A stretch of DNA of 64,000 bases, from positions 78,675 through 142,674 of the forward strand of contig CAYWJO010000003.1 of the NCBI GenBank assembly GCA_964458565.1, read 5' to 3'. The stretch comes from an uncultured archaeon (GTDB taxonomy: Archaea > Asgardarchaeota > Thorarchaeia > Thorarchaeales > Thorarchaeaceae). Positions 28,588 to 41,300 of the stretch are shown in pieces. Made by a program: the position numbers and the translations under genes. Position 1 is the first letter of the stretch. Each line of letters opens with the position of its first letter. A model generated the notes under the pieces. It was not told the DNA's origin and ran no database searches. It was given only the letters and a program-made list of their open reading frames with translations.

Positions 28588-29355
28588 GTGATGAGGTTGC
28601 CGCACTCTGACATGAAACTAGGCTTTCAGACAGCCGACAAGGCCATCCGGAGAACAGTGAGCACCGGAATAAAGGCATTAGACACTCTTCTAGATGGCGG
28701 TCTCGAACTTGGAATCATGCATCTCTTCTATGGCGACCGTAGTCTCTACAGGGACATCCTGAAGATGGCAGTACACATTCAATTACCAGAAGAACGTCGA
28801 GGTTTATCTAGTCCAACCATCGTCATCGATAGCGCCAATATGTTGAAGATTGAGGCACTCACTGAGTACGCCTTTGAATTTGACCTTGAACCGGAGTATG
28901 TGATGGATAGGGTCTATATCTCACGGGCATTCAATAGCTCACAGACTTACGACCTCGTGATGAATCAGCTCGAGTCGTTCCTAGAAAGAATCCCTGCAAA
29001 GTTACTGATAGTCTCAGGACTGCCGGACCTCTACCTCAGTGAAGGAATCGATGGAGAGGGGTTGCAGCAGATAACGCATATGGCAACCAAGGTGAAGAAT
29101 CTGGCTCTTCAGAGAAACATTGCTACCTTGGTCACCACACAACCTTCACCCAAGAATCCACGGTTTCCTGCCGGAGGAAAAGCACTGTCCAGCAGTGCAC
29201 AGATTCATGTTCATGTTGAGGAGTCAAAGTCCTATACACACTACACTCTTGCAAAGCATCCGCAGTTTCCGGTACGCAGAACCTCACGGGCAAAGACCAT
29301 AGATTTTGGTAGCACTCTTCCTCTATCCTACTTCCTCAATCAAGAGGAAGAATAG
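28588..29355 (+). CDS. RadB/RecA-superfamily protein with lost Walker A and B (probable pseudo-ATPase)
   Basis: 255 aa. TGIKALDTLLDGGLELGIMHLFYGDRSLYRD aligns with the RadB N-terminus (TGxKxLDxLLGGG...YGPPGSGKT), but GKT is replaced by RSLYRD. The Walker B hhhhD position reads LLIVSG. The C-terminal core (NIATLVTTQ) matches the RecA fold. Confidence 0.55.
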   Translation: MMRLPHSDMKLGFQTADKAIRRTVSTGIKALDTLLDGGLELGIMHLFYGDRSLYRDILKMAVHIQLPEERRGLSSPTIVIDSANMLKIEALTEYAFEFDLEPEYVMDRVYISRAFNSSQTYDLVMNQLESFLERIPAKLLIVSGLPDLYLSEGIDGEGLQQITHMATKVKNLALQRNIATLVTTQPSPKNPRFPAGGKALSSSAQIHVHVEESKSYTHYTLAKHPQFPVRRTSRAKTIDFGSTLPLSYFLNQEEE

Positions 29356-29373
29356 AGGGGGTGCGTGTACCCT

Positions 29374-32300
29374 CTACTTCTTGCCTGTGAGACTCTTCAC
29401 AAATTCATCAACCAGCTCACGTGAGAGATGCTCGGCTTGCTCCATGATAGTATCGATCTCGTGAGGTGGCACACCCTTCTCCTCGAGTTCTTTTCTCAAC
29501 TCTGCTAGTTCAAAGGGACTGAGTTTCTCATCAGGGCTAGCAGGTCGTTCTGGTAAGTAGTCCTCAGGTCGTTTATCAGCCATCCGTTTTGCTTCGGGTT
29601 CAGCTTTCATGATAGTGGATTCCATCTCTTCGTCCACATCGATCGGCTCATCGAAGTCGATTGGTGGTTTCTTAGGTCGGTCCTCATCAACAAGGAAGAT
29701 TGAGTCTTCTTCAGGACCTCGATAGTCGACTCTTGGGACCTCACCCTCTTCAACTCCTGCAACCGTTCTTGAGGCCTGATCTGCAACCTCCTCGAGTACC
29801 TTCTCAACACTCTTACCATCACGTCGTGCTGCTCTGATTGCTTCCTGATAGATGACTTCTTTCACGAAAGCAGCCTGCTCACTCAACCTCATCTTGGAGA
29901 TGTCAGCCTTGAACTCGTCAAGCTCATCAGGGCTCAGATGAGTAAGAATAGAGAGCTGTACGAGTAACTCACCCATCTCTGGCACTGCAACTATAACAGA
30001 TTCTGATGGCAGCTGGTCTGGTCTTCGAGTGATTTTGACCTGTTCAAAGGTATCATTGAATAGCTCAGCAATCAGTTGATCTCGCCTTTTAGCCTCATCA
30101 ATAGGCTTTGGAACCTTACCTTTGCCTAGAGCTTTAATCTGTCCATTGATCTGACGAAGTCTCTTTGGTACGCTTAGCACTCTCACGTACAAAGCACCAA
30201 GCAATAGTAGAATGAATACTATTGGAGTTCCATATGATGTGACAGTGGTCAGTGTGTCTTGAAATTCTGTGGGAGTTATTCCAACCAATAATTCGATATC
30301 ACCATCAACATGGTTAACGCGATAGATTCTAATATCAATAACAGAAGACACATCAGGAAGACCAATCGGAAAAAGAACAGGAGCTTCAATTGTTAGTCTG
30401 TAAATTCCATTTCCAATTTCTTCCCAAGATGTGACATTTACAACTTCGGGATTTGATGATATGACCTTAATATAAGCCCCAGTTATTCCATCGCCAACAT
30501 GACCGGGCCATGCATCATAGAATCTTAGCTCTACCGTAGTCGGTACAGCATAATTAATATTGATTCTATCCTCACTGTCCACATTGTTTGATGTAAAGGC
30601 AGTATCTGTGGGGACATCTATAATCGTGATGAATATGGTGATAATAGATTGAGTTCTGTTCGCAGTTCTGAGAGGGATTGTAAATCGATATCTAGCATCA
30701 TCAACTCTGAAAAGACTCGTATCAAAGGTGAAACTGTAGTTACCATTTCCGAGCTCAATAATGTCAAGAGGACTTGTATCATATACAGGATGATAGTATC
30801 TAGCATAATCAACCTCATCCAAGGTCCAATTGGCTCCTTCAACCCCTCCAATAAATGGTGTGTCCCATGGAGCAACTGTGGCATTATAAAATAATATCAC
30901 TGTGATAGAATCACCAAATGGCACCACAAGCTGAGTGGCATCCATACTGGAGTTACTGTACTTTGGCGGATAAACAACAATCTCCGTTGGAATGGATCTT
31001 ACCCTCACCCGAACTGTTCTAGGAATATAATCATAATTATCCTTTCTAAAGTCTACAGTTAGGGAATACTCTTCAGTACTTGGTTCGACAAGAGTGCTGT
31101 CAATGAAAATACCATATGTTCCATTCCCAAATGGCGTCGCATTGAATTTCCTATTCGCCCACTGGTATGTAACAGTTGCATTGATAACAAGTGATTCATG
31201 ATCCTCATCAACAAAATTGAAACCATAAGTTCCATTTCCACCCCAAAATATTGCGGGTATTTCTGGTGCTTCAACCAAGGTATGAATTGCTCTGATACTA
31301 AGGGTTGTTGTTGTGCTATTCGATGTGTATTCCTTGTTGAGTGGAACAGCAGATATTCTCAATGTATAGGTCTGTGCTGGATATTGACTGGTATCGATAG
31401 AGACATTGTAGTATCCCCAATAATTTGCTCCAAAAACTGACCGATTTAAGAGATATAGCGGATATGGTGTTCCTTCACCGATCAGGCTCATTGTTACAGT
31501 TGCATCATTTCTCCAATGTTCGTCAGGATTCTCTGTTTCATTGATATAAGGTGCATATACCCACACACCCACCTCAACAATCTGAGACCAATAGAAGTTC
31601 TCATCAGCAATGCTTTGTGAATTAATATCAAGCTGAACAACAGTCATAGTCTGTTTTACAACGAGAGTCATGATGATTGGTGAGATGAGATAGTTGTTCT
31701 TTGATGCTTCAATGACCAGAGTATACGTTCTAGAAGCCTCTGCATCATCAGTATCGAGGATAAAGGAATAGTTGCCTCCGGTTTCCTGCGTGAAGTATTC
31801 AGATTGCTCGCTACCAAAATCCCAAGTAATTAGTACATTTGCATCAATTACTCCTTCACCAGCATAGGGAGAGTCACTCACTTCTAGATTCACTCGGATA
31901 GTCACTTCAGAACCCCTAGTTGTATCAAGAGTGAAATCATCACCTGATGGATTAATACTCACAGGAATTTGGAGTATTGTCAATGTGACTGATTTTGTCT
32001 GAGTTATGTGATTCTCATAACTAGCAATTATCTGGATGGCATAGGTTCCGTGAGGTACTAGTTGTGTATCTAAGGAGAATGTGAAATTACCAGGAACTCC
32101 TGTAGCTATGAGGGGGATGTCTGAACCTAGAATCCAGCTATAGGTCAAATCACCAGCTAGGACTGGTCTACTGTGTACAGTATCATAATAGACAGCTGTA
32201 ATCGTCACTTCGTCTCTCCAGTAAACAGAAATACTAGAATCTGAAAGAGTAAGGTCGGTCTCTACTTGTTTAATTTCTATGTCGAAGTATACAGCAGAGA

Positions 32301-35300
32301 TTGAATAGCTGGACAGAGATAACACAATTTTGAGTATCTTTACACCATAGGGAATCGAAGTTGTCTGGAATGTAATGTTATAGAAACCACCAGAAATAGG
32401 TGTAACGTCAGATACACTCAACCATGTAACTGTACTACTTGCACCATCCACGAGAACATTCGCATCTGTGTCATTCAACCAAACCAGAATATAACCTTCA
32501 TCTCCAGCAAACCTGGATTTTGTTGATGATACTTCTTGAATACTCGCTTGACGCAAACGGACTTGGAAGGATACCTGTGATTCTGCCTCGTCATATGGAT
32601 ATAGGTTGAATGTAATTACAAGACTTTTGAGACCTGCAGCTCCCGCATCTAAAGTGTTCACAGTAATAAGATACTGACCATCAAACAGAAATTCAATATC
32701 CCATATGGCAGGTTCAGAGCCACTACTGTAGACAACAGTAATTGATGATGAAACGTCGTTAATATAATGACGAGGATCAGGCAAAGTGTGATCTATATCG
32801 TTTAGAGTAATCGTTATAGACACGTTATCCTTTAGAGGAACTGTAGAAGGTACCGGTGAGTCAGGAGTTATGGATGTGCGAATTCCTCTTACAGATCCAA
32901 CCATTGGTACTCCGGAGATGTCTCTATAGAAGGGTCTCGATGAATCAATCCAATCAAGGTTAAGACGGAAAGTGAAAATACCAAAACTTCCCAAGAATGT
33001 TGTACTTACATCGATGTAATATTCACCAGGCAATGCTCCAGAATATACCCAGTAATTAGCGCCCCATGTTAGAGTAACTTGGTCACAAGCTAAAGTGATT
33101 TGGGTTAATGGAATGACAATACCGTTCCCGGTTGTATCGTCAGTATAATTGAAAGTGAGCCTCATGAGATCTTGCATTGGAGTGTCAGGAGAAAGACCAA
33201 TCGTGATTCTAGCCACTCGTTTAGTTATTGTAACACTGACAGGGGTGCTGTCACTCGCATAATATGGTGCACCTCCAGACCATGTGACCGTGATCGTTAA
33301 AATACGAGTCAGAGTCGCATTGGCGATCTTTGTTGTATTAATTACTATTCTGAAATAATTGATTTCAGGTGTAATTATATAATTAGACGGACTGAGTAAT
33401 GTACCTCCATTGTATATGATTACATCACCAGAATCAATGATAATATCATTCCCAGTTCCTACATCAGTAAATGCTAATGTGAAGTTGAACAAATCAAGAT
33501 ATTTCGTCTGCTGAGGAGGATCCTTCACATCTACATTAGTAGGTCTTGTCGTTACGGTGATTCGAACACTGATGACAGCTTCGTTGTAGTAGTATGGTGC
33601 ACCGATTTTGTTAGCGAAGACGAAGATCGTATATTGTGCTGGAGCACCTAAAGCAGAAGTATTCAGATTGATCTGATATTCACCTGCCGTTAGAGCATCC
33701 CAAGTATAATACATCAATGCGATAGGTGAACCATTACTGTATTCAAGGCTGATTGATGCACCATCAATTCCAATACTTGCATCAGTGTCAAGGTACAGTA
33801 CAACGAATGGATTGAGAGGTGATTCTGTAATATCATTGTAAGCGGTAGGTTGAGGAGATTCTTCAAGATCTATTGAAGCAATCCTTCCTCTGATTGAGAA
33901 TGCAATGTAAAGTTCATCAGCAGCATAGAATGGCTCAAGATTAACATAAGACATACGAACGTGCAAGGTGTAATTTATTCCACTTCCAAATCCACGTCCT
34001 GCAGTTTCAACCTGCAGTTCATATTTCTGTGAATCCGAATCCCAAGTAATTGAATAAACATAATCAGGTCCGGTGGTGTTGAGGATTTCGAAAGATGTGT
34101 AAAACGTTGTGCCATTCACTATGGTCTGAAGAGTGAGAATATCTTGATAGTCTAATATCACATTCATTATGGTATCAATACCAATCCGCCCAACAGGCTC
34201 ATTCGAAAGTATTGTTGATCGATATCTAACACTAAACTGGCGGATAGACCATGCATCTTCGACATATTCTGAACCCGTATATGTGAAACTAGCATTAAGG
34301 GTAAATAATCCAGGAGTAGCAAAATAGGATGAGTCCAAGTCTATTTCGAATACACCTGAACCCAAGTAATTCACGGAGTAAAATCCTGTTAATGGATAAT
34401 TACCAGAGATGTTAGAGTAGAATAATGCAAAATCACAATCAGAATCTAGAATACCAGTAGTAGTAAGCCCTGCAATGTCTTGATACTCTACTGTGAACAC
34501 TACACTATCACCAAATGGTGTTGGGTCAGGAGATTGAAACTCGACTATCGATGCTCGTAGTGTGACGGTGATTCTGATTGTAATTAATGTTCTATTTGAG
34601 TAGTAAGGCGCACCAGCCCAAGTCACACTCAAAGTGAATGTCTTTTGACCTATCCCACCAAATTGTGCAGTATCGAATTCAATTGTAAATTCTGTCACAC
34701 CAAAGATTTCAGGTGTTTCGAACAAGCTGGTTGAGATATCCATGTGAGTGGGATCGAAGGATATAGCACTCTCTCCACCACCTGACACATCAAGGAATGA
34801 GAAGGTGAATGTAGCGTTTTCGCCATATGCAGTATTGATTGGTGGTGATACTGAAACAAGTGTGTCGCGGGGTATGATGCTAACCTTTGTAGTAGACGAA
34901 TCATCACGATAATAAGGAACAGACCCATCCCAAATGACTTCAACGGTGATTTGTAAGTTGTTTATCAATACTGTACTTAGGGTTACTGAATTGATTGTAA
35001 CCTCAAATGATGTACCTGTTGTACCATTCAAAGTATAATCTACAACCTGAGTAAGCAGAACACCTTGGTCGTAGATTTTGATGTCAGAATCACTAATTTG
35101 CACCTTCTGACCGGTTACTGCATCAGTGAAAGCAAAAATGAATGTCACATCCTCGAGATAATTGGTAGCTGATGGAGCAACAAGTATCTCAACGTTTGAT
35201 GTTCGTTTCACAACTTGTGCTGTTACTGTTAGGTTTGCCATTGCATGATATGGAATACCTGAGTAACTAGCACTTACTTTCAGACTTGTTGCACCCAATC

Positions 35301-38300
35301 CATCCAATGCAGTGGATAATACTGATACGTCGTAGTAACCGGGAGAGCCAGGGGTGACCAAATAGTCAACATCTTGAACCAAGGTCGTTAAGCCTTTATA
35401 GATCGAGACTGTACCGCCAGAGATAGTGGCATCAAGATCCACATCGTAGTAGCGAATCGTGAAATTAACATATTCAAGGTAAGGTGTATCGCTTGGAGAG
35501 ACTGAAAGGTCAAGAGTCGAGTATCGCGCTCTAGTTTCAATATCCGCAACAGTAGTTCGACTACTATAGAATGGTGCAGCATTTTGGTATGATAATTGAA
35601 TTATCAGACTGGTTACATTACCAGGAACCATTGCTGGATGATTATAAGTCTGAACTGTTAGTAAGTAATAATTGTAGGGTGCTCCAAGCCAAGACATGCT
35701 GGAATACCAGGTACCCGGACTCAATATCTGCACTGAAACATCGTGGTCAATGTTGTCTAGAGTCAGGAAGTCCTGATAATAGAGTATAATGTCAACTGAG
35801 GTGTTGTATGCATTTCTTGGAACCGGGTCAGCAGTCAGAAAAGTTGTTCGATACCTAATCTCCAAAAATCTTGATGCTGTAACATCAGGCATGAAGAATG
35901 TATAATTTGTTAGATATACTCGAAGACCAAATGTTCCAGGAGTTGTATAATATGATGCATTGAAATCGACAGAATATTCACCATCTCCAAGAGGTGTGAC
36001 TGAATAGTAGGAGAATGGTATATAGATGGACCCAAGAACATCATAGAGAGTTAGATTCACATTATTATCGATAGGACCACCAGTGCCCGTAACATCTGTC
36101 CAAATCACTGAAAACACAACATTATCACCAAATGGAGTGGGAGAAGGAGTCTGATATTCCACTACAGTTTGCCGCAATGTCAACGTGACTGAGATTTGCC
36201 GCCCATATCGATCAGCGTAGAATGGTGCTCCATCCCAAGTCACACTGAGTGTGAAGGATTTCTTCTCAATAGGTGCAGTGAATTGATTAGTATCAAATGA
36301 TACTGTGAATGTCTTGTCAGTATCATTATAGAACAATGAGAAATCTGCGAGACTGAGTATAATCTCCATTGTTGTTGAATTATAAGCAATCGGAACACTT
36401 CCTGCGCCAGTGACATCATCGTATGTGAATATGAAAGTAGCATTCTCACCATAGGGAGTAGGAGTAGGTGGTGTAACAGAGAGTATTGTGTCTCTTGGAT
36501 TCACACGTACTGCAATCACATCAGTTCTATTAGTGTAATATGGATCTACTCCAGGATTCCAACCAATGTAGACATTCATCAAGATGACGCCTGTGGTTCC
36601 AAATATGGTGTTGTTAAATGAGATAGAGTAATTTCCAGGTTGACCAATAACCTCTGTTATAGTCACCTTTGACAAATCTACCGTATAACTTTGGAATTCT
36701 ATAGATATGAAAACGTTACCACCTGGTGGATTCCCAGATGTTGTATTATCAATCCCAATACCTGTGAAGAAGTCACTGTAAAAGAACGTGTAAGTCATAT
36801 TCTCAAGATAGGGTGTCGGTTCAGCAGTGATTAGTAGAGCATATGCAGATTCTGTACCACCAATATTGACCTGGGTGTTGATAGTCTTATTTTGATAGGT
36901 ATAAACAGGACCAGTCCAGTTGAAGAATATCTTCAGACCAAAGAGACCTGGACCAAATTGATTTGCAGGTACTTTGATTACGTAGTAACCAGGTAGAGTT
37001 CCATTGAATAGGTATGACGTAACTGGTAGTCCATTGATATCTTCTACTCGATGGAGCACATACTTTGATTTGATGCCAACTTGATCATCAAGGTCACCGT
37101 AGAACACATCAATCGTGATATTAGCATTGAAGTAAGTAGGCTCGGGTGCATTAACTGTTCTAAAGTCCGTGTTATGTGTTCTGAGAGAGATTGTAAGATT
37201 GAATAGACCAAATTGATAGTTTGAGCCCTTTGAGAAATTAAAGAGAACAACGACGTTCTGTTGTAGGGGATCATCCACCTCAGTTGGGAGTGTGATTCGA
37301 TATCTACCTTCACCCAAGAGGTATTGCATAATAACAGGACGCCCAAACAGAGTATCCCATCCAGTGTTCAATTCGAAAAGTCCACTATCATCAATAGGCA
37401 AATTATTGTCAATATCCCAATATTCTACATAGAATACAGGATCATTCCCAACAGGGATATCTAATGCACCAACAGTTGGAATTGCATAGGTATACACAAT
37501 TCGGACTAGAATCCGGAAGTTACTCAATGTTCTTGCAGCATGAATAGTTGATTCTGCAGTGAGGTCAAAGTAGTGAATACCCCTATCAAGACCACCAACA
37601 AGAAGTGTTACATTATAGAGTCCGGGGGTACCTGGAAATTCGTAATAAGATATGGAAATACCTGTAGCAGTTATTGTAGCACCAGATATTCCAGCATTTC
37701 GGTCGATATCAGTATAGTTCAGAGTAATCCAGACATCGCTTCCATATGGAGTAATGACTTGCGGATAATTGTCTGAAGATAGGAAGCTCAGAGCCTCACG
37801 ATATTCAAAAATTATTATCAGACTTGTTGAACCGTAGCGAGAGTCTGAAGGAATAACACGAATAGTAATAGAATAAGATCCTTTCTTTTGGAAGAAAGTA
37901 GCAGAGATACTCAAATTATATCTTCCATCAGATAAGAATGAAATTGATGCAGGAAATGTGTATCCTGTCCCGTTTGTTACTGTGAATTCGCCCTGAGTAA
38001 TTCCGTTGATAGGTGCACCATTATATTGGTTCCCGTCCTCACTTACATTGAAACGGATGATTATTTGGAAATCATCATCAATTGGGTAAATCAGATCTGT
38101 TGGCTCGTTGTAAAGATAGGTTTTCAGACTGTGAATGACAATATCAAAAACATAGTTCCCTGGATGGCCATATATTCCACTCATCGTCATTGATAGTGTT
38201 ACAGTTTCAGTCCCTACATTCCAGATGTTTGTTGGAAGTACTAAGTCTAGTTGAGTATTTGAGGGAGAGTAAGGTGCATACCCAGAACTAAACGTGAATC

Positions 38301-41300
38301 CAGCAACAGAGCTATTATCGAGTTGAGCACCTGTATCTAAATCAGTTATTACAATTGTGAGTGGTGTATCATTACCATATGGACTCACTAAATCACCAAT
38401 CACAGTAATTGCAGTGTAATGAGTTCGTATTATGATTGAGAAGCTATAATCATCTGGACTCTCATAGATTCCTGTCATATCCAATCCAAGTGTAACGGGA
38501 TGAGATGCAACAGACCATGTGTCTGTAGCGAGTAGTACATCAAGATCAAAGATTCCAGGGGAGGTTTCATTATGGTTCCCCGTAGCCCAAACAAATCCAA
38601 ATGATCCAACATCCGAATAATCTAAGATAGATACAGTATCAAGATCTGTTAGTAGGATAGTAACTGCAGTTGTATAGCCATATGCTGTGACAAAGTCACC
38701 TTGAACAGTCATAGCAGTGTGATGCTTTCGAATAGTGATCGTGAAATCATAATCAGTAGGATCATAATACTCGCTACTGCCAACCATTGTGACACTGAGA
38801 GTGACTATTTCATCTCCAATACTCCAGAGATTTGTGGGCAAGTTAACATCAAGATCACTTGGCGTTACCTCACTATATGGTGAAGGAATAGATGTGAAGT
38901 TGAAATAATAGACTGAGGTATGAGTTAATTCGGATGCTGTATCCAAGTCAACAATGACAATTATTAATGGAGTGTTGAAACCAAATGGAGTGAGAAGGTC
39001 TCCATCAACGCTGAGAGACGTGTAGTGCTTTCGTATAGTCACAGCGAAATCATAATCATCAGGACTACTGTAGATATTATTCATAGTCAAGGTCAAGGTC
39101 ACTGTATCAGAACCAATTACCCAATCATCTGTTGTAAGAGTGTAATTGAGATTTGTTATACCTGAGCTTTTTCCTTCAAATTCCGAAGACGATGTAAATG
39201 TGAACGAACTGACGAATGTATGATCAAGATTAGTACCTGTATCGAGATCAACAAGGACTATGGTAACATGAGTGACTTCCCCATAAGGTGTAATAAAATC
39301 ACCCTGTACTGACATAGCTGTGTGATGTTTTCTGACTAAAATCTCAAAACTGTAGTCAGTTGGATTGAAATAGTCACTATCCATGATAACGCTAAGCACC
39401 ACAGTTTCAGGTCCCAGGGTCCAATCATCAGTTGTTAATGTAAAATCAAGACTGCTGATTCCGGGTTGATTATCACCCTCAACTTCCCAGGAAGTGAAAG
39501 TGAATGATTCGATCTCATTTTGAGTGAGTAACAAGCCTGTATCAACATCCGTAAGGACGATTGTTACATCTGTGGTAAACCCGTAAGGTACCAGGAAATC
39601 AGCCTGGACTCCAACAACAGTGTAGTGTTTTCTTATTGTAACCACGAAATCATAATCGGAAGGACTTTCATAGTCACCAGACATAGACAGACTTAGTGTA
39701 ACCGACACCTGACTAACGGACCAACTATCAGTGTCAAGTGAGTGATTGAGAGTTGATGGAGAACCTGGATCTGAACCATAACTTGACAGGAATGAATAAC
39801 TACTCACGAAGGTATCATCCAACTGAGTACCAGTATCAGTATCAGTCAAAACAATAGTTAGATTTGTATCATAACCAAACGGTGTGACCAAATCCCCTTG
39901 TATGTTTGTTGATGTGTAGTGTTTCCGAATCTCAACATTGAATTGATAGATATCTGGAGCAGCGAATATTGGATTAGACATTTTAATTGTAAGATTGACA
40001 ATCCGTGTCATCACTGGCCAACTACTAGTATCTAAAGTCACATCCCAACTTGTTGCTTGCTCAAACTGAGAGCCACCACTCCAATTGAATGTATAATTAC
40101 CGACATTACCAAGTGCTACAGATGCTCCGGTATCCAAATCTATGATGCTGATTGTGAGAGGTGATGTACTACCAAACGGTTGAATGAAATCTCCAGAAAC
40201 CGAAGCAGACGTGTAATGACCTCTAATTGTGACATTAAATACAAAATTATCAGGTGAGTCATATGATGAGCTATCCACAACAGCGAATGTGGTGACCGTT
40301 CTAAGCCCCACAGGCCATGGACTTGTATCTAAAACAAAATCAAATGTTGAAGTAGCACTTGGATTCGCATCCTGATAACCCCCTGTCCATTGGAAACGTA
40401 CTAATGTAACATCGTCAGTTGCAAGCTCAGTACCTGTATCAGTGTCTAAAACAATGATCCTGACATCTGTGTCAAGTCCATGTGCAGTTGTGAAATCCCC
40501 TGTAATCATAAGGGCTGTGTAGTGCACACGAATCTGGACATCAAATTGATAATCATCTGGAATAGCATAATTTGGATTTGAAAAGCTGACTGAAAGGGTG
40601 ACAGTTTCAGCGCCAACAAGCCAACTACTGGTGATAAGGGTGACATAATTATTTCCAGGTGTCGTAACATCCTGAGTGCCATAGGAAGATGTGAAACTCA
40701 ATTGACTAACATTGAGTATTCCAATATCATCACCCGTATCAAGATCAATTATCTTTACATTGATGGGAGTATTAACTCCGAAAGGTGTTGTCAATCCTCC
40801 ACTTACAGACACTGCAGTATAATGAGTCCGAATAGTTACATCAAATGAATAATCAGTTGGATTAGAGTAGTTAACATGACTCATTAAAAGTGACAATGTG
40901 ACTACTCTGGTACTAACACTCCAGTCAGATGTGTCCAATAAAACATTCAACGAACTACCATCAAATGGTTGTGAATCACCAAACCATGAAAGTATGAAGG
41001 AATCAACATAGGTTTCATCCAACTCTATACCGAGATCAGTATCAATTACTACAACAGTGAGATTAGTTTCTAATCCATATGGTGTTATGGTATTACCAAC
41101 AATTGATGCTGTGGTGTAATGTTTTCTGAGAATGAAAGTGATTTCTGTGTAACCTTGCTCCAAGAAGAAACCAGATTTGGTGGCATTGAACGCAAATATG
41201 TGTTCGCCAAGATTGAGACCTGAAGTGGATACTGAGATATTATATTTTCCACCGCCCTGTGCTTCAACGGTAACAGGACTACCATCTGAGAGCGTTATTG

